Source of the DNA: Macrostomum lignano
Lineage: Eukaryota
Assembly (NCBI GenBank): GCA_002269645.1
Contig: NIVC01005109.1
Location: 1 to 26,100 of the forward strand
Length of the DNA stretch: 26,100 nucleotides
Reading direction: 5' to 3'
Below, piece by piece: positions 12,087-22,804 of this stretch. Positions within the stretch are counted from its first letter, which is position 1, and each line of letters starts with the position of its first letter. A model generated the notes under the pieces. That model was not told the origin of the DNA, did no database searches, and was given only the letters and a program-made list of their open reading frames with translations. The position numbers were made by a program, and so were the translations under genes.

Positions 12087-12713
12087 TTTCAAATATATAA
12101 TATGTTTATAATATAATATTAATATTGATTATTGTATTCAATCCAATGAAATGATCTAGCCTATATATATTTAAGTTTTTTTTTAATGAATATTGTTGAA
12201 GTATAACTTATAAGAAAATAAATAAGCATAGAGTTCTAGGCCCCCTAGTTGTTTTTTCTAAACTATTGTTGGCCATATATTGCTAGTAGCTATACTGGTT
12301 CTATGAGAATTGCCTATAGACAAATTGACTGCCAAGCTTTTCTTGCCAAGATTTGCCTATAGTGCATTTTGCCCATAAGTAAATTGCCTGTGGTGATTTG
12401 TCTACCTAGGCTAGAATTGCCTGCCAAGTTTTTTTCTGCCAAGGTTTGCCTCCAATGTTTTTTCCTGCAGTGCATTAATGCATTAGCTACATATGGTAGA
12501 TTTTGTTTGCATTACCTCTCTAATGCTTAATAAGTTTTAATAAAGAGATTTTCTTAACTTAATCAAAATATTTTTTTAGTAATTGCATATCAAATGCATA
12601 TTTTTTAAGACTAAATTATATTTAAGTTTATAAAAAATATGTATATTTTATATTTATAAAAAATTTCTTAATGATTTTGTATAAAACTTCATATCTTTGC
12701 CTATTTGACTATT

Positions 12714-12884
12714 GAGGCAGAAGGCCTTTTAGTTCAATAGATATAATGGCAGCAAAGATTTTGCGCTACTTTGCGCATATATTTATTTACACAAACAGTG
12801 TGATATTAAAAGGCCTAGGGAAGTGCAAAAAGGTGGCATGGCATGATAGGCTATGCCAACTCTCCTAGCTTAGCAAGCCAGCTA
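12714..12884. repeat. ~170-bp direct repeat, copy 1
   Basis: GAGGCAGAAGGCCTTTTAGTTCAATAGAT...CTCCTAGCTTAGCAAGCCAGCTA aligns end to end with 13656-13832. Confidence 0.9.
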
Positions 12885-12900
12885 TACAAAACTGTTGTAG

Positions 12901-13575
12901 CTGCTAGGCTATGGTGTTGCTGGGCTACAGTGCTGCTGGGCTACAGTGTTGCTAGGCTATGATGTTGCTGGGCTGCAGTGCTACTAGGCTGCAATGCTAT
13001 TAGACTATGGTGTTACTGGGCTATGGGGCTACAGTGCTACTGGGCTATGGTGCTGCTAGGCTGGTCTGGGGTTGGTGTCTGGAGTTGGTGTCAGGAGTTG
13101 GTATCTAGTGCTACTGGGCTATGGTACTGTTGGGCTGCAGTGCTACTGGGATATGGTACTGCAGGGCTGCAGTGCTACTAGGCTATGGTGCTATAGGGCT
13201 GCAATGCTACTAGGCTGCGATGCTACTGGGCTACAGTGTGGCTGGGCTGCAATGCTACTAGACTATGGTGCTGCTGGGCTGCAGTGCTGCTGGTCTGTGA
13301 TGCTACTAGACTATGGTGCTGCTGGGCTATGGGGCTGCAATGCTACTAGGCTATAGTGCTGCTAGGCTACAGTGCTGCTAGGTTGCAGTGCTGCTAGGTT
13401 GCAATGTTGCTAGGCTATGGTGCTGCTAGGCTGCAATGCTGCTAGGTTGCAATGTTGCTAGGCTATGGTGCTGCTAGGCTGCAATGCTGCTAGGTTGCAA
13501 TGTTGCTAGGCTGTGATGCTGCTGGGCTATAGTGCTGCTAGGCTGCAGTGCTGCTAGGTTGCTATTGCTGCTATT
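12901..13575. repeat. Degenerate 16-bp minisatellite (inferred ancestor CTGCTGGGCTGCGGTG)
   Basis: Units such as CTGCTGGGCTACAGTG, TTGCTAGGCTATGATG, CTACTAGGCTGCAATG and CTGCTAGGTTGCAGTG, with a short interruption at ~13060-13105. Confidence 0.9.
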
Positions 13576-13655
13576 GTAGTTGGCCAAGCGGCTGGCTGCC
13601 AGGACTGCACAGGGCCAACTAGGTAGGCCCAGCATTCCACATTGGGCTTACCAAT

Positions 13656-13832
13656 GAGGTGGAAGGCCTTTTAGTTCAATAGATGTAATGGCAGCAAATA
13701 TTTTGTGCTGCTTTGCACATATATTTATTTACACAAACAGCGCAATATTGAGGGTCCTAGGGAGGTACAAAAGAATGGCATATATGATAGGCTATGCCAA
13801 CCCCCCCCCCTCCTAGCTTAGCAAGCTGGCTA
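13656..13832. repeat. ~170-bp direct repeat, copy 2
   Basis: GAGGTGGAAGGCCTTTTAGTTCAATAGAT...CTCCTAGCTTAGCAAGCTGGCTA; differs from copy 1 mostly by C/T and G/A transitions. Confidence 0.9.
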
Positions 13833-16184
13833 GCTTGGTGTGTACCTACCCTACCTTAGCTAGACAGAGGTTGGGGGGGGGGTTTCAGTGTGGCTGCAGT
13901 TAGTGTTACCGGTTGCATACAGTCTGGCCATCACATTATAGTATATAATTCTAGACTATTTTGTCTATAATGTTAATTATGCTTGCGTAATATATTTATA
14001 ATATTTATATAGTATTAGCACATTAGGTTATATTTAGCTTTTTGATAATAGTATTGCCTTTACTAAAATATATATCATATATAATATGAATTTAATTTAT
14101 AAAATTATATTTTATGCTCATATAACTTTTTTAAAATAAGTATAAGTATAAATTTATAATATTAATATATTTTTTTAAAAACTGTTAAATATTGAATAAT
14201 ATGAATCTATCAGTTTCTATCAATGTTTTATTTGCATATCTTTTTTATTGCAAATGTCTAGACTAGAACTATGTTAGATATCCTTATTTTTTATATTAGA
14301 TATATATCCTTCCCTTGTATATTTTTATACTTCTTTGTATATCCTTGTAGGCCCTCTTTTTCTCTTTCTCTTTCTATCATATGCCATATATATAATTGCT
14401 ATGCATTGATTGCAATAAAGATGTTTTAACTATAATAAAAACTAGGTTTTTATACCAAAAGTTTTGATTTTTTATATGTAGAGATGGTTGCCATGTCACT
14501 TCAGAATTTTTTTGGCACCTTAAATTTAGACCCATAGTGCCAAAATGGATATATTTCTATGATAAAGAAGAGATCATTAAAATATAGTATGCATAGCTAT
14601 AGTCTTATCTTAACTTTTGTAAGAAAAAAAAGTTATTATAGTCTAACAATTATTTTAATTTTTTTCTAAGAATTTTAGGGTTATCTATAATGATAAAGAT
14701 TAAGATAAAAATTGAGCATTAAATGGTTCAACTAAAAATTGAATAAGTGCCAATTAGCACCTGGACCCAAGTGCCAAATGGCAGCAAAATTTTGACAATC
14801 AAAAATCTAGAATGTAAGGAATTTTAATGCATTTGTATAAACAATTGAATATTGTTAACACATGCATATTTCTATTCTATAGTTTGGTTAGACTTATTAG
14901 GGCTATATAATAATATAAGAATATAGAAAAAAAGATATATAGAAATAGTTTTATGCATTTTTAAGTTAGTAATAGTACTATTATTCTGTCTAATAGGAAC
15001 TTATATGTGTATATTACCAATAAAATGGCTATGTAAATTCCTAGGTTGTGCCAAAGCATGTTTTACATGTAGTATAACAAAAAAGGGAATCCCAAAAATG
15101 TTAATCTTTTAGTTGCAAAGAAATCAGCTAAGACTAAACCTTATTGCTTGAAAAATACCTTATATAATATAAGCTATATAGTTGAGTGCACCAATAATGT
15201 CTTCTTTGTCCCAAGTTCAAAGTTCAAATTTCAAATTCAAATTTAAATACCAAAAATACATTTGCAAATAGCACAGATCAGTAGAATATTTTTGAAAAGA
15301 GCCTAAGGCAGTATCATACCACTGTTTAGTTGCTAAAGCAATTCAGGTGTCAATTTTTTGAAAGCCAATATTTTGATAAAATGACCATTTGATAGAATGA
15401 CTTAGACTTGCATTGTGACCATAGTTAACAAGGTATACATTATGGCAATAAATTCTAACATATATAGAATGTACCCAAGTTGGTATATGCAGCATATAGC
15501 ATAAGCATACTGGGTTTTTTAAGGTTGGAAATCCAGTTGCCAATGGCTATTTTTGGTTGCCTATTGGCAACTAGCCAAATTCTTGAGAATGGATAACAAT
15601 TAATGACTAAAAACCACAAATTCATAAATTATCATTTAAACTAAATTTTGAGTAATATGTGATACTAACAATAATAGACCAACAATTCCATCATATTGAT
15701 TCATATGGCACTTTTATTACACTTACAAAATCATTTTTGAAATTGGCAACTGGCATGGGAAAAATGAAGTTGCCAGATTGGCCTCTGATGCCAAAAATCC
15801 AGTTGCCAATGAGATTTTCAAAGGGCCTAAAAACCCCATATGGCCAAAAAACCCAGTAAGCATATATATGAACCATCAGTTAAAGCAACCAGAATTAGAA
15901 TATGTATGGCAGATTGTATAAGGACAGAAAAAATTGGCTTGTACTTGTAAAAAGACATTGCTTATTCTTTTGCATTATTATTGGCAAGAAATTGCTTCTA
16001 AGCCATATTTCACTTTAAGTTTAAATTACACTTTATAATGTTAATATATAATGCCTTATCAATAAAGGAGCTTATGGGGTTTTTATTAGGCTAAATGCAT
16101 CTGAATCTATTATTTTTTAATTAGTCTGCATGACAAGTGATCACCGCATTATCATCTGGATGCTTATTTTATGCATGCAGCGCA

Positions 16185-16423
16185 ATGTACAATGGAATTG
16201 GTCTGACTACGCCGCGTGGCAGCGGCACCAATGGCTACGTGCAGCGCAACATTGCCTTTGTAAAGCGAGCCAAAGAGCGAGTTGATTACAAAAGCGAAGC
16301 CGAATTGCGCAAAGCCGACGAGCTGATGTTTAAAGAGCCAAATAAGGAGATTCTCGAGCACGAGAGGAAGCGAAAAATTGAACTGAAATGTGCTGAGATG
16401 GAGGATCTAATGGAGGAGCAAGG
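16185..16423 (+). CDS. CWC21: Pre-mRNA splicing factor Cwc21/SRRM2-like, exon 1
   Basis: The signature N-terminus MYNGIGLTTPRGSGTNGYVQRN and cwf21 motif EILEHERKRKIELKCAEMEDLMEEQG are present. An acceptor-like ttttatgcatgcAG lies 4 nt before the ATG. Donor GG|GTGAGT at 16424 (phase 2). Confidence 0.95.
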
Positions 16424-16516
16424 GTGAGTCCATCTGTCGGCAGCGCAGTTGGTGAGGCTTTCATGTTATCTGGGAATTTGTTTTCTGTTGCTTTTTTGAA
16501 GGGACCAATAGGCACC

Positions 16517-17898
16517 CCAACCCCCTGTGATCCTTCAGTGAGCTGCTGTACCCCCCAACCCCCTGTGATCCTTCAGTGAGCTGCTGTACCCCCCAACCCC
16601 CTGTGATCCTTCAGTGAGCTGCTGTACCCCCCAACCCCCTGTGATCCTTCAGTGAGCTGCTGTACCCCCAACCTCCTGTGATCCTTCAGTGAGCTGCTGT
16701 ACCCCCCAACCCCCTGTGATCCTTCAGTGAGCTGCTGTACCCCCAACCTCCTGTGATCCTTCAGTGAGCTGCTGTACCCCCAACCCCCTGTGATCCTTCA
16801 GTGAGCTGCTGTACCCCCAACCCCCTGTGATCCTTCAGTGAGCTGCTGTACCCCCAACCCCCTGTGATCCTTCAGTGAGCTGCTGTACCCCCAACCCCCT
16901 GTGATTCTTCAGTGAGCTGCTGCACCCCCAACCTCCTGTGATCCTTCAGTGAGCTGCTGCACCCCCAACCCCCTGTGATTCTTCAGTGAGCTGCTGCACC
17001 CCCAACCTCCTGTGATCCTTCAGTGAGCTGCTGCACCCCCAACCTCCTGTGATCCTTCAGTGAGCTGCTGCACCCCCAACCCCCTGTGATCCTTCAGTGA
17101 GCTGCTGCACCCCCAACCTCCTGTGATCCTTCAGTGAGCTGCTGCACCCCCAACCCCCTGTGATTCTTCAGTGAGCTGCTGCACCCCCAACCCCCTGTGA
17201 TTCTTCAGTGAGCTGCTGCACCCCCCAACCCCCTGTGATTCTTCAGTGAGCTGCTGCACCCCCCAACCCCCTGTGATCCTTCACTGAGCTGCTGTACCCC
17301 CCAACCCCCTGTGATTCTTCAGTGAGCTGCTGCACCCCCCAACCCCCTGTGATTCTTCAGTGAGCTGCTGCATCCCCCAACCCCTGTGATCCTTCAGTGA
17401 GCTGCTGCACCCCCCAACCCCCTGTGATTCTTCAGTGAGCTGCTGTACCCCCCAACCCCCTGTGATTCTTCAGTGAGCTGCTGCACCCCCCAACTCCCTG
17501 TGATCCTTCACTGAGCTGCTGCACCCCCCAATCCCCCGTGATCCTTCACTGAGCTGCTGCACCCCCAACCCCCTGTGATCCTTCAGTGAGCTGCTGCACC
17601 CCCCAATCCCCCGTGATCCTTCACTGAGCTGCTGCACCCCCAACCCCCTGTGATCCTTCACTGAGCTGCTGCACCCCCCAACCCCCTGTGATCCTTCACT
17701 GAGCTGCTGCATCCCCCAACCCCCTGTGATCCTTCAGTGAGCTGCTGCATCCCCCAACCCCTGTGATCCTTCACTGAGCTGCTGCATCCCCCAACCCCCT
17801 GTGATCCTTCAGTGAGCTGCTGCATCCCCCAACCCCTGTGATCCTTCACTGAGCTGCTGCACCCCCAACCCCCTGTGATCCTTCAGTGAGCTGCTGCA
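16517..17898. repeat. 37-38-bp minisatellite filling CWC21 intron 1 (roughly 37 copies)
   Basis: Unit CCCCCAACCCCCTGTGATCCTTCAGTGAGCTGCTG(T/C)A. Length varies in the C-run, and variants change gradually along the array (GTA to GCA, CAGT to CACT). Confidence 0.97.
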
Positions 17899-17979
17899 CT
17901 ATTAAAGCACTTTAGACAGCACTTGTTTGTTCCTATATCCAGAAAACTCCATGCAACTATTCAAACAAATCTCCCACAG

Positions 17980-18535
17980 CTTCAGCGCCGAGGAAATTCG
18001 CCAGAAGGTGTCGAATTTCCGAAAATTTCTCGCCGTCGAAGACGAGCAAAACCAGAAGCAGCAACAGGAAGCGGCCGCCAGCACTGGTAAGCAAATATTT
18101 CCTTCAGTTGCTAAGGACGCTGAGACTGGCCGGCTGGTTGCTAAGGGTACGCACGAAATCCAAGCGGCCAGACAGCAGCAGGCGGAGCTGATGCGAAGCG
18201 CGTTAAAAATCGACCGCGGCCGCGACGCCGCCGCCAGCGGCTCTGGAGCAGCCGGCGCCTCGGCGCTGCCCTACCTGCACTCGGAGTCCGAGGATTCCGA
18301 CTCCGATTCGGATTCAGAGTCGAAGAAGGCTAAAAAGGCGGCTAAAAAAGCGGCTAAAAAAGAACGGAAAGACAAAGAGAAAAAGGATAAAAAGAAGAAA
18401 AAGAAAGCCAAACGCAGCAAGAAAGACAAGGAGAAGGAAAAGGAAAAGGAGAAGGAGAAGAAAGACCGGCCAAGCAGGCGCGATCGGGACCGCAGCCGCA
18501 GCCCAGTAAGTCGGTCTGAAAGCAGGCGAAAGTGA
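17980..18535 (+). CDS. CWC21: Cwc21/SRRM2-like, exon 2 (Lys-rich and RS-rich tail)
   Basis: Acceptor ctcccacAG|C restores EEQG-FSAEEIRQKVSNFRKFL, continuing the cwf21 domain. It is followed by KDAETGRLVAKGTHEI..., a SDSDSES tract, K/E-rich and RS repeats, and TGA at 18533-18535. Total 264 aa if there is no further splicing. Confidence 0.88.
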
Positions 18536-18719
18536 TTGCTTACCGTACTTTTTGTTCCTATGCTTTTGCGTTTGCTGTTTGTTTCCTTTGATGTTTTTTG
18601 TAACATAATACACAGTAGCAAATTATATTGAATGAAAATCAAAACGGAATTGCCCAGCTGGAAACCGATTGGACATAATTTACTGTCAATTAGGTAAATT
18701 ATAACAGACTAAACTGTAC

Positions 18720-19281
18720 CTCAGAATCGCCCTTCTGGTTATTTCGAAGAATCGCCCTTATAACTAAGAATTTCTAAGAATTTCCATATAATTATTTCTT
18801 ACGATCGCCCTAATACTGTTTCTAAGAATCGCCCTAATATAATTTTAAAAAATTGCCCTAATACTATTTCTAAGAATCGCCCTATAACAATTTCTAAGAA
18901 TCGTCCTACTCTACTATAATTTCTGAGAATCGCCCTAATATAATTTCTAAGAATCGTCCTTACACTATTTTTAAGAATCGCCATATAAAAGTTTCTAAGA
19001 ATCGCCCTAATATAATTTTTAAAAATCGCCCTAATACTATTTCTAAGAATCGCCCTAATACTATTTCTAAGAATCGCCCTAATATTATTTCCAAGAATCT
19101 CCCTATAACAATTTCTAAGAATCGTCCTACTCTACTATAATTTCTGAGAATCGCCCTAATATTATTTCCAAGAATCTCCCTATAACAATTTCTAAGAATC
19201 GTCCTACTCTACTATAATTTCTGAGAATCGCCCTAATAAAATTTCTAAGAATCGTCCTTACACTATTTTTAAGAATCGCCT
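18720..19281. repeat. 24-bp minisatellite with higher-order structure
   Basis: Unit ATTTCTAAGAATCGCCCTAATACT (AATCG at 19024 and 19048). Longer blocks such as 19081-19160 and 19161-19240 are near duplicates. Confidence 0.93.
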
Positions 19282-19734
19282 TGATTTATTTCAAATATTT
19301 ACTTGTTTACATTCTAAGTTTAACAAAGCGCGTCTGACTTATTTATAGAACAGTTCCTACGTCGGGATCAAAAGCTGGTCGCAGAATCCTTTGTTTTTAG
19401 TTGACGCCGACAGTTTAATAATCATCTTGGCTTCATCGTCATTATTTCGTGATTACTTATCGCAAAATAAAAATGCACTGTGGGTTCTCTTGTTCGTTCT
19501 TTTGCATTGTATCCGCTGTTTGCTTTACATTTTCGTTTGTCTAGCGCGCATACTAATGCTGTGCGACCCGATCTGTAATGAAATAAATTGATCAATAAAA
19601 TACGTTTCCTCGTTTGTACATTTATTCAGCTATTAATGTACATCTTTCGTTGTCTGTCAAGTTATTTGCCTTATTAAGCTGTTAAGATTGTCTTTCTGAT
19701 TCACGTCTCTTATGATCCTTCGAATGATCCATCC

Positions 19735-20615
19735 CGAATCCTTCAAAAGGGCACCCCAAATCCCTAAGACTTCATAAGGCCACCCCAAATCCCTAAGACT
19801 TCATAAGGCCACCCCAAATCCCTAGTCCTTCATAAGGCCACCCCAAATCCCTAATCCTTCATAAGGCCACCCCAAATCCCTAGTCCTTCAAAAGGGCACC
19901 CCAAATCCCTAAGACTTCATAAGGCCACCCCAAATCCCTAGTCCTTCATAAGGCCACCCCAAATCCCTAATCCTTCATAAGGCCACCCCAAATCCCTAGT
20001 CCTTCATAAGGCCACCCCAAATCCCTAAGACTTCATAAGGCCACCCCAAATCCCTAAGACTTCATAAGGCCACCCCAAATCCCTAAGACTTCATAAGGCC
20101 ACCCCAAATCCCTAATCCTTCATAAGGCCACCCCAAATCCCTAATCCTTCATAAGGCCACCCCAAATCCCTAGTCCTTCATAAGGCCACCCCAAATCCCT
20201 AATCCTTCATAAGGCCACCCCAAATCCCTAATCCTTCATAAGGCCACCCCAAATCCCTAGTCCTTCATAAGGCCACCCCAAATCCCTAGTCCTTCATAAT
20301 GCCACCCCAAATCCCTAGTCCTTCAAAAGGGCACCCCAAATCCCTAAGACTTCATAAGGCCACCCCAAATCCCTAAGACTTCATAAGGCCACCCCAAATC
20401 CCTAAGACTTCATAAGGCCACCCCAAATCCCTAGTCCTTCAAAAGGGCACCCCAAATCCCTAAGACTTCATAAGGCCACCCCAAATCCCTAAGACTTCAT
20501 AAGGCCACCCCAAATCCCTAAGACTTCATAAGGCCACCCCAAATCCCTAAGACTTCATAAGGTCACCCCAGATCCCTAAGACTTCATAAGGCCGCCCTAA
20601 ATCCCTAATCCTTCG
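19735..20615. repeat. 29-bp minisatellite upstream of DMXL (roughly 30 copies)
   Basis: Unit GGCCACCCCAAATCCCTA(AGA/GTC/ATC)CTTCATAA. Confidence 0.97.
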
Positions 20616-20911
20616 TAGGGCCAACCGTAAGCGCTAAACGTTTAATTTTTTACTCCGACTGATGATGGATGACTCAGAATACTTGATTTAGTCCATAAAT
20701 GTTTGTTTCTATCTATCTATAGTTCTAAAACTGTTAGTTGTGAAATGAATGCATGCTGCGTAGGCTCTGTGACAGAGAGCTGCTGCCACGGACACGGCGC
20801 CTGCTATCAGCGGGTTTTGCTTCGCCATTTTCGATCTCTCCCTTTGCCTTATCCTGCCTGCACCCAGTTTTATTTTATTGAATTCTACTATAAGTAGACG
20901 TTAACGAAAAT

Positions 20912-21824
20912 ATGCGACTACATCAGATTCTAACCGGCTCTTGCAACGCCACTGCTAGGGCGTTCTCGCGCGGCGTAGTCGAAGGCGCCACTTTCATAGC
21001 TTACGCCAGCGGCTGCGATTTAGTAATCCTAGATGGCGGCTTTAAACGGGTTCAAATTCTGCCTGGCGTCACACACGGCCAGGTGCAAATTAGTGGCTTA
21101 GACTGCAGCCAGGAGACTGGCAAAATTGCCGCCTCCTATGGCGATCACATTGTCATATTCGAGCCCGTTCCAGTCGCTCACGAGGACGCCTATTTTCCAT
21201 TCAAATGGAAACGATTTGGCGAAATCTGCGCCGATAGTCCGGTCACGGATCTGGCCTGGAGTCCCAATGGTGATTATCTAATCACGGCTGGCGAGTCAAT
21301 CCAGATCTGGGTATCGGCGGCCGCGTTCACCATCATTGTGGACGATTATCCGGACGAGCCGGAACCTACCGGGCCAGTCAAATGGCGCTGCGCCTGGGGC
21401 CAGAAGCTGTCTAAACCGGTAGATCACGTGCGCTTCTCTCCAGACGGCCTGTTCTTCGCTTCCTACGGTCGGAATGACCCGTTTCTAAAGATCTGGTATC
21501 GGGACAATCCGCCTGGCTTTGCCGAGCTGGACTCGGCAGCTGTTGGCGAAGATCGGCCGCCGTCATTTAACTTTGCCTACCTGTCCCATCCGGCACCCGT
21601 GACCGGCTTCTCCTGGCGTCAGACTAGTCAGCAGATACCGCGCGGTTGCGTTGCTAATTTATTAATTACCTCGTGCGAAGATAATGTCTGCCGAATCTGG
21701 TCCGAGACCGTGCTGCCGGATGATGGACTTATCGATGCGTCGGCTTCGGCTACGGCTGCGGCAGCGGCAACCTCCGGTACTGTTGGCGAGGATGGCGACC
21801 TCGGGACCGCCGGTTCATCGTTTG
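20912..21824 (+). CDS. DMXL: DmX-like protein / Rabconnectin-3 alpha, exon 1 (N-terminal WD40 propeller); rest of gene beyond the window
   Basis: MRLHQILTGSCN...FIAYASGCDLVIL...VQILPG..HG..QIS..DCS...GKIAASYG..I.IFEP and SHPAPVTGFSWRQTS..IPRG.VAN.L.TSC.DNVCRIW.ET.LP.DGL match metazoan DMXL/Rbcn-3A N-termini as recalled. Donor TTTG|GTGAGT at 21825. Confidence 0.93.
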
Positions 21825-22804
21825 GTGAGTAAATGGTGACTGCTTTTAGTTTTTAGAAGACACCGTTCAAATCTCTGCATCTGTTCATGGGATTTCAGCA
21901 CTAATTTATACACAAATGGGTCAATATTACACAAACTTAGAGCTCAAATTTCTGCTTTTTTATCGGCCTGGCCTAATAAAGCAAACTCTGTAAACAATTT
22001 ACTTGATTAGTACGATAATTTCGCCACCTGAAGAGACTTGAGCCTTGACCAAAACAGTGTTCATGTAACTGTCGCTTCATACCAATGAATAAACCAAAAA
22101 TCGAGATCTCATATGTTATCTTTGCGTTACATAAAGACATGGCTATTGCTGTGGACAGTCTAACTGAGAATAAAACCATCCCATGGGAGAATCCTCCTTA
22201 TGCTGCCTGCTGTGTCTTGGCTGTGTCTTGCCTTCCCGTTGAAAAATGAGGTTAATATTGAGGGTTAATTAACTAATAGCTTTAAAGGTTAAATAACTTA
22301 TAAGCAACAGCAAATTTCGTCATCCCATTTACGAGATACGTTTAGTAACCAAGAGTAAATTTACTCCGTTGTTTGATTCACTGTGTGCGATTTGTACATG
22401 TAGATCACAAACTACGTCATGTACGCGCCTCCTCAGAGTGGATTTTGCGAAATTTAAATTCAATACTACAATACTATCGCTTAATGCATCCTAATAGATT
22501 TCCCAATACTGAACAGCTGCACATGCAGTCCATGTGTCCATGTGCAGTCCATGTGCCCTTTCTCAGGACGAAAAAATAGATTAAAAAGTTTAAAGTTTTG
22601 GTAAAGTTTGATGGTAATGAACGTGTAGAAAACAGGTACACGTTCTGCATTCTGGTGTAATAACTAGAAATGCAATAAAAAACTAAGAAAAAACGTTAAA
22701 AAAAGAACCATACAAAACAAACGGATTGCAACAAAAAACTGCGCTATAAAGTCCTAACAAGCGAGTCCGAGAGAGCAAAAACTCATGAAGAGAAAGCTCT
22801 CTCG

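Noticed and set aside
12978-13356. Cys/Trp/Leu-rich ORFs
   Set aside because: They are translations of the degenerate 16-bp array.
17470-17849. Repetitive minus-strand ORFs
   Set aside because: They are translations of the CWC21 intronic minisatellite.
18087-18107. In-frame 21-nt GTAAGC...TTCAG micro-intron in CWC21 exon 2
   Set aside because: The signals look good, but 21 nt is below the usual spliceosomal minimum and the sequence reads through without a stop. It is not supportable without junction reads.
20655-20760. CTGATGA as a snoRNA C box or hammerhead ribozyme core
   Set aside because: There is no downstream CTGA D box with a terminal stem, and no GAAA or flanking helices for a hammerhead.
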